A stretch of DNA of 63,557 nucleotides, filler included, from Hyphochytrium catenoides (Eukaryota > Protista > Hyphochytriomycota), in the NCBI GenBank assembly GCA_900088475.1. It is 14 parts of 14 records of this genome, joined end to end, with 100 filler letters (N's around TTAATTAATTAA, not from the genome) between each part and the next. Parts side by side here need not be neighbours in the genome. Positions count along the whole stretch, not along the records: positions 12,265 to 16,013 come from FLMG01001676.1; positions 16,114 to 20,405 come from FLMG01001950.1; positions 20,506 to 32,332 come from FLMG01004316.1; 11 more parts are not named here. One strand, 5' to 3'. Position 1 is the first letter of the stretch; every line of letters begins with the position of its first letter. A program made the translations under genes and the position numbers. This document shows, in pieces, positions 13,388-25,085 of this stretch. Below the pieces are notes generated by a model. It was given only the letters and a program-made list of their open reading frames with translations. It was not told where the DNA came from and did not search any database.

Positions 13388-13673
13388 CAGACGGCCGTTT
13401 GGTCGTACGGTGCGAAGAAAGTAGGGTCACTCGTCGATCCCATAACTATAAAGCAAAAAAGCGAGAGAGAGGAGTGAGGGAAGGTAAGATTTGGCCCTCT
13501 CCTCTTCTTTCTTTCTCTCTCTCTCTCTCCTCTGTTTTGACACTGAATGCCCTATCTCTCTGTTTTTCTTCTTTTCCTCTATAAGTGATGCTTCCGCTCA
13601 TTGCCTTGTACCTGTCCCACTGGGCGTCGGAATGTCGGGAGAGGAGAGACTCTTTCTCTTGCTTCTTCTTCTC

Positions 13674-13707
<34 letters not shown>

Positions 13708-15337
13708 TTCTTCTTCCGATTCCTTGTCCCACAGTGTCCGCGCTCTGGTGCGCGCTGTCGCCTCTTCTACAGCCTGGACAATCCTAATCTTTCTCTCCTC
13801 TTCCTCTTCTCTTTTCCTCTCTTCTTCTGTTTCTCTCTTTCTCTCCTTCTCTCGTCGCTCCTGCTCTTCTGCCAACCTTTCTCTCTTTTGTGCTTGCTCT
13901 CTTCTCTCTCTCCCCTCGTCTTTCTTTTCAGGGGTTCTAAAGGCTACTGAGCGGCGACGCAGGGCTCCAAGATTGCTCTCTCTCCTCCTTTCGTCCTCTC
14001 TCTCTTCCTCTCTCCTCTTCTCTTCTTCTATGAAATATTCAGCAAGCGCATGGCCCTCTACGATAACCCCGTGAGAGGTCCGCCGTCTTCCTCCACCAAC
14101 TGCAGAAAGAGAGAGAGAGAGAGAGAAAAAAGAGAGAGAGAGAGAGAGAAGTGCAAGAGTGAGGAAGATTGCGGGTCGTTCAGTTCTACCCTTCCTCTAT
14201 CCGCTCTTGTTCTCTGTCTCGCTCGTTGTTAAAGAATTCTCTCTTTGCTCTTTCTCTCTCTATATATATATATATCCCTCTTTTCTTCGCTAGTTCCAGA
14301 CTCTCGCATTCGGTCACTTTCTTGTCCCATCATTGCCGGTTCTCTCTCTCTCTCTCTCTTTTTCTCTCTGGAGCGCGCTCTAATCTCTTTTCTTTCTCTC
14401 CTCAGCACACCATTGCAGAGTCAAAGGTGTCGAGCAGTGAAGAGAGACTTGCTCTCTCTCTCTTTCTGCTTCTCTCTCTCTCTCTTTCTCTCTCTAGGGG
14501 TTTACCTCTGAGAGGCCCTTCTCCTCTTCCAGAGGTTGGCGGAGAGGCCACGCGTGGTGTTGTCTCTCGGCCAGGAGTCCTCGCCGCCTTTAAAAAGGAA
14601 TAAGAATAAGAAAAGAAATGAGAAGAGAAAGTTTGGGAGAGAGAGAGACAGAATGAAAGAGGAAAGAGAGACAAGAGAGAGGAAACACACGCAGGAAAGA
14701 GACTTTGAGAATCATAGGCATGCAGGTGAGGATGAGGGGATGAAGAATAGAGAGAAAGAGAAGGAGAGGCAAAGAGAGAGAAGAGAGATGGGAAGAGAGA
14801 GAAAAAAAGGAGAGAGAGAAGAGAGAGAGAGAGAAAGAGACAGCCACCCGAAGGAGATAGCTACAGGCAGAAAGGCGAGGAACAGAAGAGGAAGAAAAGA
14901 AAGAGAGAGAGATACCGAAGGAGACGATTATAGAAGAGGAGAGAGTGAGACAGACGGAGTCGAGAGAGTATACGGACATTTTGGAGAAAAAGGGAGAGAG
15001 AGGAAGAGAGAGAGAGAGAGAAACAAAGACCGCGAGGGAGAGGGACACGAGACAAGGATTTAAAGAAATTGAGAGAGAGAGTGAGACAAGAGAGAGAGAA
15101 TGAGACAAGACAAATTTGTATAGAGTGAGAGAGAGACAGACAGAGAGAGAGAGAGAGAGAGAGAGAGGGAAGGCCACTACCTCCTCTGCGCGGTGTATGG
15201 CTTCCACTACGATTTGTCCTCTTGACGGCGGCCGCCGCGGCGTCGTAACTTCTTCTTCATTTTTACTTCTCTTCCGGGTTCTCTCCTCTTCCTCTTCCTC
15301 CTCACTGCGATCCAATCGTTTCTGTGGAGTCAGGGCT

Positions 15338-15395
<58 letters not shown>

Positions 15396-15683
15396 GGAGA
15401 CAGATGAAGAGAGAGAGAGAGAAAAAGCGATAGCGTGCTTGTTAGCTAGAGGAGAGACCAAGAGATAGAAAGGAGAAGAGAGACATAGGACAGGAGAAGG
15501 GAGAGAGAGAGAGAAAATAAAGTACGTCGTCTGGAGGCACAGAAAGAGAGAGAGAGAGGGGAGGAGAGAGAAAGAGAAGAGAGAGCGTGGGCGGTAGGGG
15601 GAAGGGAATTGTAGAGAGGAAGGGAGAAAGAAACGTAGGAGAGAGTGGAGAGGAGGACAGAATAGGAGTTGGAAGTGAGTGGA

Positions 15684-15725
<42 letters not shown>

Positions 15726-15993
15726 CACTCGTCCGGCTTGGCCTGCCCAGAAGAGATCGAGAGGCAGAAGGTGGAGAGGGCACAGGGATACCGGTCTCTC
15801 TCTCTTCCTCATCCTCTGAAACGTTCTCTTCTCTCTTGAGGCGGAAAGCCTTTCTTTGAGGAGTCTTTCCCTCCTTTTTGGTAGAGAGAGGAGAAGAGAG
15901 AGAAGCCGTGGCCGGCGCTGGGGAAGATTTGGCAATGCGCTTCGCGGCTCTTTCTTGCACGGCGCGCTGAGCTTCTAGACGAGCAGCCTCAAG
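13388..15993 (-). CDS. Hypothetical highly charged (E/R/K-rich) low-complexity protein, multi-exon, incomplete
   Basis: GT-AG exons join in phase: 15993-15729, microexon 15530-15526, 15321-15181, ~14587-14506, ~14100-13611 and ~13446-13388. No recognisable domain. Confidence 0.55.
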
Positions 15994-18522
15994 CTAGAGA
16001 GAGAGAGAGAGAGNNNNNNNNNNNNNNNNNNNNNNNNNNNNNNNNNNNNNNNNNNNNTTAATTAATTAANNNNNNNNNNNNNNNNNNNNNNNNNNNNNNN
16101 NNNNNNNNNNNNNTCGCAGCATCGTCGACGGCTTTAAAGCATACGCAAGTAGTGAACCAAAGACGCGTAGATGACCAACATCAGGCGGCTTGCCGTACCA
16201 CTTTTCGTAGGGATAGAGCCATCGAGTGAAGCAGTAGGACAGCGATTGATCACATGAACTGCGGAGGCCAATGCATCTGCCCAAAAAAAACGAGATAGGT
16301 CAGTAGCAATCAGAAGGCATTTCGTCGCCTGCATGACACTTCTCATCCAGCGTTCACAACAGCCGTTGCGAGAGGGGGAATAAGCAGGTGTAGGAGAGTG
16401 CAGGATGCCGCGGCGAGAGCACACTCTGCGTGTAGCACTGCTAACGAACTCTCTCCCGCGATCGGAGCGTATCTCCTTCAAGCGCTCACCCGTCTGGTTC
16501 TCCATGAAAAGAATGAGTTCCTCCAACTTAGCTTCTCCTCCTTCTCCTTTGCTCCGAAGAAATTGCACAAAGCACCTCCGAGAGTGATCATCCACCACGA
16601 GCAGAAATTGTACATAGCTTTGATAGCTACGAGTATTGACAATGCCAACATCGGCGTGCAGAAGTTCCAGCAGCAGTCTTGTTGTCTTACGGGGCTGAGC
16701 ATGGTAAGGCCTACGAGTTAGCTTCGCAAGAATGCAGGTCTCACAAAGACAGAGCTGCTGAGAAGCTCTATCAAGGGCTATACCGGAAGCCTGCAGGGCT
16801 AGTCTGCGAATATCTGTGTGGCTAAGATGATTAAGCCGTTTGTGCCACAGGGTGATAGGCTCTTGCTTGCTCGTAGCTGCGGCTAGTCTTGGAGAAGAAG
16901 AGTCACTTTGGCCCCGTGCATCGTCAGTGTCCGAGGAGTACTAAACGGCTCCATTGGTCAAACCAATACGTCTCACTTGTTCTTGTGAGGTTAACTTTGC
17001 AATGTCCTTGACCACTGAAGGACTGAGAGTCTAAGCTCCATTTGAGGTAAATAACACTGCTGCACCAGAGGAGTCTCGGATGTATTGTCCAATAGGGAGA
17101 AGATGCTTCGGAAAGCCTGGCGCATAAAGCACATTCGGCAGGTACAGAGGGGTGGTAGCTCTATTGGCAGCAGGGATAAGTATGCTTCCCTTTCCCGCGG
17201 CAAAGACGGTTGGCCGGTTGTCAGCGGTAAGGAGAGGAAGAGGGTCAATTGAAGTGAAAGAGAGAAAGAGTGATTGATCTCCAGTAATGTGACTGGAGCA
17301 TCCGCTGTCTAGCAGCCATTTGTGGCTACTATGGACGGCTTTCGCTTTCGCTGCAGCCTGCTGGATAGAAGCTAGGGTAAGGGATCCACCAGAGTCGACA
17401 GAAGACTTTGTATACTGATTGGCTAATCCCCATTATTCATTAGTGTCAACTAATGATAGAGCTCCTGGTGAAGAAGTGGAGGATAGGAGAGCAGCTATGA
17501 GAGCACTAAGTTGCTGAGCATTGCTTTTACTGCTGGGCTCCTGTACCAACGGCAACTTGTCCAAGTGGACGCGAGACTTCCAGCCAGTTGGCCTACGAGC
17601 AGCGTTCTCCGCCGGAAGCTCAAACAGTCGGCGCTATTATGTCCCTTTTTCCGGCAGATGCCGCACTGCCTGCTACCACGCGCAGGTTTCTCTTCGCTGA
17701 TCTGGAAGAACTTCTCTTTTCCTTTCCCCTGGAGCAGAAAGGGCATTCTTCATCTCCGAAGAGGGTAGAGTATCCGGAAAGTATACAGAGCTAGACACTC
17801 TTCTCTGTTCATCAGCCATAATACGGTTGATGACCTCATTTGCAGCCAGAGAGGAAGTCCCTAGGACGTACAGGTGGGTCACTTTAGAGCCAAAGACGGA
17901 GGGAGGCTGTGAGGAATTGAAGAGATTAGGATTGTCTCATAAAGGTCCTGCTGGTTCTCTTTCTTCTTTCTCCTTTCGAAGATATTCTTTAGAGCCTCTG
18001 TCCTCTGTTTCAGGGTGGTGGTCAGGTGGGATCTCAGAAAGGTGGTGCCTCCAGAATCAAATCTTGAGTTGGTGATCTTCTGAAGACGCCTGAGGACGTT
18101 GTCCCCTTCCTTTCCATCCATCTGCTCCTGCAGTTTGAGCCATCCCGCGTACGCTGATTCTCGCCCTTCCAGCAGCGACAGGAGCTCATCAGAAACTAGG
18201 GAAACCAGTTTGTTGATCTTCTTCCGATCATTCTTCTTCCAGTTCTTCCTGCTTGTATCTGTGAAGTCCTTACTGGTGAGCGGGTCTTTGCCATCAGCCA
18301 GCAGTGTCTGGCTCTCATCCTCAATGTGAAGAGGAGGTCTAACTCATCCAGGTAACTTCGTACCCGGCTTGACCAGATAGAATACTGGTCCTTGCTGTGT
18401 AGAACAGCGATATTGTGCGGATGAACTCCGCCTTCCTTTGATGGCATTGTATGCGATAGGATCGTCACTCTAGCAGCTCAAGTGAGAAGAGGAGAAGGAA
18501 CAGTCACGACCAACTGCGAGTG

Positions 18523-18535
18523 TGGGCCCATAACC
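18523..18535 (-). promoter_or_regulatory. Primer-binding site GGTTATGGGCCCA (internal initiator tRNA-Met half-molecule type)
   Basis: Directly follows the LTR terminal CA. It is complementary to the anticodon-arm sequence UGGGCCCAUAACC of eukaryotic tRNAi-Met, as in Drosophila copia. Confidence 0.85.
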
Positions 18536-18872
18536 TGATGAACTTTACAGAGCTGGGTGGCAATGCCTGAAGCTTCTGTATTAGCACAATCCAGATGAAA
18601 CGATAACAAAGGGACTAGGTATTGATATCTGATTGAAATTTGTCTGAATCCTTGCTGCTGAGTCCTGAGAGTCTGGTCTCGAGGTCTCTTCGCGGCCCAG
18701 CTTCCCTCATCATCTCTCTCTGCTGTGCTGTTCCTGTGTTCTTCTGGAAATTTTCCCCACATCCCTCTTTCCCATAACACAGGTGTACCCGTAACTTCTA
18801 TGTCCCTGAGAGCTAGGTGTGTATATAGAGTGACTACTGTACTACTGACAACGAACATTGTAGCACTCAACA
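18536..18872 (-). repeat. Family A 5' LTR (337 bp, TGTTGA...TCATCA)
   Basis: TG...CA termini. Homologous to 62149-62489, 20300-20405 and 46180-46226. Confidence 0.92.
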
Positions 18873-20299
18873 TAGAGCCTGTGCACCAGAAAGGCGACAA
18901 CTCCTTATGGACCACTTCCACCGATCAACCCACAAGGGGAGCCTCCCAGAAGTCCATGACTCTGTGGCACCGACGCCTAGGACATCTTAACGTATCGGAT
19001 GTCCGTCTACTGGCTAAGTCCGCCAAGGGCATTCGACTCTCAAGCAACTCTCAAATGGACTTCTGTCAAGACTGTGCGATCGGAAAAGTTACCAGACAGT
19101 GTTTTCCGAAGAGGGCCAGTGGACAAACTACGCAACCACCACTGGAGCTTGTACACACCGACGTTGGGTTGTCAACGTGCCCAGCTTGGAAGGTTATCGC
19201 TAGTATGTTGTTTTTGTCTACTCTTGCAGAGTCTTCTTGTACTGTTTGAAGACGAAAAGTGAAGTTATGGCAGCGCTGCAAACGTTCGTCCAGATGGGTG
19301 AAACACAGACTGGTCTACGCCTAAAGCGACTTCAAACTGGTTTGCGACTGAAGAAACTTCGGAGTGACAGAGACGGCGAGTACTGCTCCGCGGAGATGAA
19401 GACTTTCTGTGAGGAGAGGGAGGTCATTCATGAGCTTTCAACCCCATACTCTCCATCACAGAATAATGGTGTAGCAGAGCGCAGCCAGCGAACTCTTCTG
19501 GTGGAATCAGCCCGATGCATGCTCCTCGCCTCAGGACTTCCGCACAACTTTTGGGCGGAAGCGCTGAAGACGGCAGTCCACATCAGCCACAAGACCCCTA
19601 CATCTGCTCTAGATGGACTGACAGCGCATGAGAAGTGGTTTGGTAGCCCGCCAGATATTGGATATCTTCGCGTTTTGGGCTGTGTCTCGTTTGGTCTTGT
19701 CCCAAAGCGGGACCACCGCCTCAAGCTGGATCCGAAGGCGAAGAAATACGCTCTCGTGGGTTATGGCTCTCACTCAAAAGCATATCGGCTATGCGATTTT
19801 GGGACTCAGACTGTCATCGAGCGTCGAGATGTTGTCTTTGATGAAGCAACCGCAGCGAGTGGGACGGATCACGCTGGGTCTACTGAGAGCGACTCAGTGC
19901 TGCATGATATTTTTGAGGAGCTTGGGGAGAACTCTGACAATCCCGACCCAAATGGTATCCCAGGGAATACCGTGGGGAATCAGTCCCAGTAAGAAGATCC
20001 CAAATTCCATTCTTCCTTAGGAACGCACCAAGCAAGTGATTAAGTCCAAGACTCCGAACGCAGTGAGTATTCAAACAGTGAACAGCACTCTGAAGACTCG
20101 GATGACCAATCCTCGGAAGTATCGGAGGCATCGACCCTGCAACCGCAGCAGACGCAGATACAAGCTTGGAAGTCGACGGGTATGAGGACTGTGGTGAAAC
20201 AGCTGATCTCAGCTCTGTATCCAAATTCATCCTTGGCACACAGGTACTCCCAGCAGGACTAGCTCTGGATGCGACCGGGAAGTCTCAGTCTGTTGGATG
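18873..20299 (+). mobile_element. Ty1/copia family B internal fragment (GAG-pre-integrase, integrase, spacer), bounded on both sides by family A LTRs
   Basis: LWHRRLGHLN, CQDCAIGK, LELVHTDV, LRSDRDGEY, SPSQNNGVAER, FWAEAL, KLDPKAKK...VGY...KAYRL and RDVVFDE. Diverged from the family A integrase. Confidence 0.93.
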
Positions 20300-20405
20300 T
20301 GTTGAGTGCTACTATGTTCGTTGTCAGTAGTACAGTAGTCACTCTCTATACACACCTAGGAGCTCTCAGGGACATAGACGTTACGGGTACACCTGTGTTA
20401 TGGGA
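20300..20405 (+). repeat. Family A LTR 5' end (truncated by contig end)
   Basis: TGTTGAGTGCTACTATGTTCGTTGTCAGTAG... matches the start of the LTR at 18872 and 62149. Confidence 0.9.
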
Positions 20406-21701
20406 NNNNNNNNNNNNNNNNNNNNNNNNNNNNNNNNNNNNNNNNNNNNTTAATTAATTAANNNNNNNNNNNNNNNNNNNNNNNNNNNNNNNNNNNNNNN
20501 NNNNNGAGAGAGAGAGAGAGAGAGAAAGAAGATGGAGAGGGGGGAATGAAAAAAAGAAGGAAGGAGGAGAGACAAGGACCCAGAGGTTTAGAGAGAGAAA
20601 GACATGCGGCGATACACAGAGAGTAACAGAAAGAGGGCAAAAAGAAGAACGACAAGAAACGAGGAGTTCAAAAGGGGAAGAGAGGCGGAAAAGATGAACA
20701 AGAGAGAGAGAGGTGAAGCGGAGATAGAGAGAAAAAGGGACGAGAGAGAAAGAGGAGACAGAAAGTGAGAGAGGGACCAAAGATGTAAGGCTCGTGTTGA
20801 GGAGAAGGAAGACAGAGCTGTCCAGATTGACTAAAAGAGACGGTCGGTGAGAGGTAGGGAAAAGTAAGAGAGAAGAGAGAGTCCAGGATTCTGAGCGGCA
20901 AGAAAGAGAAGAGAAGGCTAGTCTAGAAAGACAACGCGAGACAAAAAGAAAAGAAAGAAGGAAGGCTGGGAGAGAACGAGAAAACGGAAGAGAGAAAATA
21001 GGAGAAAAACTAAAGAGTGAGAGGTAGAAAAAGAGAAGAAAGAGAGAAAAGAAAGAGGGCAACCGAGAAAGTAAGAGAACCAGAGAGACAGAGAGAGAAA
21101 AAGAGAGAGAGAGGAATATAGTCTCATAGCTAAGGGCAGTACCTATGATGCCCTGGGTCTGTGCCTCCTGTAAAGTGGTTGCTCTCCGANNNNNNNNNNN
21201 NNNNNNNNNNNNNNNNNNNNNNNNNNNNNNNNNNNNAGAGAGAGAGAAAGAGAGAGAGAGAGAGACCGACGGACAGACCGACGGACAGTCAGAGGGGAGA
21301 GACAAGAGAGAAAACGGAGAGCGGAGACGGGAGAAGGAGAAGGTAAGGGACATTACAATGAGCACCCGAAGTAGGAGAGGCAAAGCCAACAAAAGATGAG
21401 GTCGAGAGTAAGAGTAAGTGACAGAGATAATGAAGAAGTGAGAGAGACAGAGAGGGGAAGGGAGGAGAGAGGGGAAGAGAGACAAAGAGAGAGAGAGAGA
21501 ACTGGGCGAGGAAAAAAAGCAAAGGAGAAGTTTCAAAAGCAAAGAGAGAAAGGCAAGACAGAGGCAAAGACAGAAAGAGATGGACAGAGAGAGAAACAGA
21601 GAGAGAAAAAACAGAGAAAGAAAGAGAGATCAAATGACGAGAAGGGACTTAGACAAGAGAAGAAAAGACAGAGAAAGAGAGAGCCAAGGGTCTCTTTCTA
21701 C

Positions 21702-21842
21702 CTTTTCCGTGGGAAGGAGGACAAGATCCACAATTGGATGACTCTTAGGCCGCTCTGTCTTGGACCGACAGAACCAAACCCCAGTAGACACTCCTACAGA
21801 GAGAGAGAGAGACACGGAGAGGAGAAAGTTGCAGAGAGAAAG

Positions 21843-21879
<37 letters not shown>

Positions 21880-22065
21880 AGAGAGAGAAAGGCCGAGAGC
21901 ACCCGGAAAGGTATCTTAGTTTGGATGTCAACACTTAGGCAATCTCTGTCTCCCCTTGCCTTCACGCTACTCTGTTGCCAGAGATACTCACTCCCGTCTC
22001 TCTTTTCTTCTCTTCCATGTACTCTATCCTTCATATTGCAATCTCTCCATCACCTTGTTTCTTCT

Positions 22066-22120
<55 letters not shown>

Positions 22121-22422
22121 CTCTCTCTCTGTCTCTCTCTCTCTCTCTTGTTTTTCCCTTCTCCCTCCTATTTCTCTCTCTCTCCACTCTTGGTCTTCCC
22201 TTTCCTCATTCCTCTGCTCCCAGCTATCTCTCTTTCCGTGTCTCTCTCTCTCCCTCTCTCTCCTTTCTCATCTGAATATCTCTCCTCACCTGTTCCTTCG
22301 TGCATATTGGTATAGACGCAAGTGTAGCCCAAGCCCTTCAGTGTTCCCGCCTCTTTCTCGGTTGGCGCCACTCTCACCTCCAGAATGGGAAAGGAGTGAC
22401 AGGCCCTAATAAAAGAAAGGAG

Positions 22423-22468
<46 letters not shown>

Positions 22469-22954
22469 GAGAAGCCCGAAGAGGAAAAGAATGGCACCAG
22501 GGAGACAAATGAGAGAGGTTAAGTAAGAGAGAGATTAACAGAGAAAGAGGGAGACAGAACGAGAACGGGGCACTAAAGATGAAGAGAGACAATACGAGTA
22601 GACTAAAAGAAACAAGAGGAAGAGAGAAAGAGAAAGCAAAGAGAGACAGGAAAAGATAGAAAGAGCACGAGAACAGGTCAGGGATGCAGAGAGAGAGAGA
22701 GAGAGCGAACAGGCGCCAAAGAGGCACAAGGAACAGACCGACGTCTTCTCGATCATTTGAAAGCGGCAGAGCGCAGAATTAGAGAAGAGAAGGAAAGGGA
22801 GAGAGAGAGAGAGTCAGACTCTCAACTTACTCCCTCTCTGCAACTTTTCTCTTTAGGAAGCTTGAGAAGTCCGCGTAGTCCACTACCCCGTCATTATTAC
22901 TATCCATGAAACGCGCTAGAGAGGAAAGCTCCTGAAGCAAACAAACACCAAGAA

Positions 22955-22985
<31 letters not shown>

Positions 22986-24184
22986 AAGAATGAGAAAGGA
23001 AGAGAACGACAGAGAGAGCGAAAGAGAGAGAGAGGAAAGAGAGAGAGAGTGAGAGAGAAAGAGAAAGAGAAAGAGAGAGAGGGAGAGTGAGGAAAAGAGA
23101 GAGCGAGAGTGAGAAAGGGAGAAGGAGAGAGAGAAAAAAACGAGAAACAGAGCGAGAGAGAGATAGGGAAAAAGGGAGAGAGAGAGAGAAGAGATGTTGA
23201 GAGAGATATTGTAGACGTGGGGAGCGAGAGAGTCCGAGACTCTTACAGTAACAGAGAGAGCGGTTGGACACGAAGACAGAGAGTGGAGGTACTCGAGTCT
23301 GTGTAAAAAAGAGAGGGGAGAAGAGAGAAGAGAAACAGAGAAGAGAGAGAAGGAGAGACAGAGCGAAAGAGAGCTTGATGGTTGTGCCGAAGAGCAGACA
23401 TTCTCCCTTTTTGTACTTACCCCGTCGGTGAGAGAGAGTTGTGCGGACGAGAGGACGAGAGGGTGGAGAGACTTCGGAGAGAGAAGAAGAGAGGAAGGAG
23501 GAGAAGCTGAGCAGATCTTCTCAAAGAGGTCGCGGACAGTGATGGATCCTCCCTCTTCCTGGAGCTGAGAAGAGAAGTAAGAATGCAGCTGCTGAAGGAC
23601 CTCCGTGCTGTAAAGGGAGCGGAAGAGGGAGAGAGAGAAGAAGAGAGAGAGAAATAGAGAAAAGAAGAGAGAGGAAAAAGAAAAGAGAGAGATGAAGGAG
23701 AGAGAGAGAAGAGGACAGAGAGAGGAAGAAAGAGGGAGATGAGAAAACAGCGTGTTTGTGTGTGGGGGAGAGATAGAGGAGAGAAGAAGAGAGAGGAAGG
23801 GGAGAGGGAGAGAGAAAGAGAGAGAGGGAGAGAGAAGAGGAGAGGAGAGGGAGGAAGAAAAACGAGAGAGAGAAAGGGGAGAGGAACAAAAATGGTGAGA
23901 ATGGACTGGACTTAGTGGTGTACGGAGGCAGACTTTGCGGGGGATCAGCACATTCATCAGAAGCTGGACAGCAGAGAGAGAGAAGCAGAGAAAAAGAGAG
24001 AGAGAAAGAGAAGCAAAAAGAGGAAACTGGGAGGGGAAGATAGGAACCACTATGGAAAGGATGGCAACGCTCTGGAAATGGGAAACAGTCAGAAAGGCTT
24101 CCCTGCTCGCCATCTTCTGTGTCTTCCTACCGGTGATCTCTTCAACTTTGCTCTGTCAAACCCCCTCTCTCTTTCCTCTCTCTC

Positions 24185-24243
<59 letters not shown>

Positions 24244-25031
24244 GTCTCTCCCTCTCTCTCACTTTTCTTCGTCTTGTCTTACATTTGATGGCCATCCAAG
24301 GTCAAGAAAGAAAGAAACTCTTCGTGTGCAACGCCTTCTTGTCCTCCTCCTCCAGGAGAGAGAGAGAAGAACATTGCATTCAAGTCTCTCTCTCCCTCTT
24401 CGAGACGAAACAGCTCTCTCAGCTCTTTCTTACTCGTGACAAAGGCGTTGAACCTTGCCCGGGTGAGAAGATGAGAGGAAGAAGAGGAGAGAGAAGAGGA
24501 AGATTGAGAGGAAGAAGGAGAGAAGAATTTGACATTGACCGCCTCTACACTGAGAGTACAGCCTTGTGCGCGGTAGATCTCTTTCTCCGTGTACTCTGCT
24601 CAGGAGAAAGAGAGAGAGAGAGACGGGGGAAAGAAGGAAGAGAGAGAGAGAGTGGGTGGCGAGAGAAAGAAACAGCGGAAGAGATAAAGAAAGAAGACGA
24701 GAAAGAGTGATGAACGAGAGAGGAAAGGAAAGAGAAAGAGAGAGAGAGAGAGAGTGCGAGCAAAATATAGCCCAGGCCGCGAATCGATTAATTGTGCCAA
24801 AGGGAGCGGGAGAGAGACAGAGAGAGACAGAAGGGGAGACACAGAGAGAGAGAGAGAGACTGCTTATTAGTGAAGAAATGAGGTTCATCTCAAGCGTGCT
24901 CACCTTGCACGCAGCTTTCCTTCTTTCCGCGTTTCTCAGCTTCTCTTCTGACGACTCGACGGAACTCCTGAGAGAGTTCGGGAGCGCCGCCCACCTGGAA
25001 AATGTCCTCCTAAGAAGAAGAGAGAAGAGAG

Positions 25032-25085
<54 letters not shown>

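Larger units (their letters stand above)
16114..18872 (-). mobile_element. Ty1/copia LTR retrotransposon family A, 5' half (LTR-PBS-gag-protease-GAG-pre-integrase-integrase), frameshifted
   Basis: LTR at 18872-18536 followed by a PBS. Gag ATG at 18447 with YSIWSSRVRSYL and the CGICRKKGHNSADC knuckle; protease WLLDSGCSSHITG (~17320-17281); LWHKRLNHL...CETC; integrase VDDHSR, IRSDRGREF, SPSRNGCCER and FWADAL. Confidence 0.95.

Noticed and set aside
18478-18921. 147-aa ORF spanning the family A LTR
   Set aside because: It starts in unrelated family B sequence and is broken in the 62149 copy, so it is a chance open frame.
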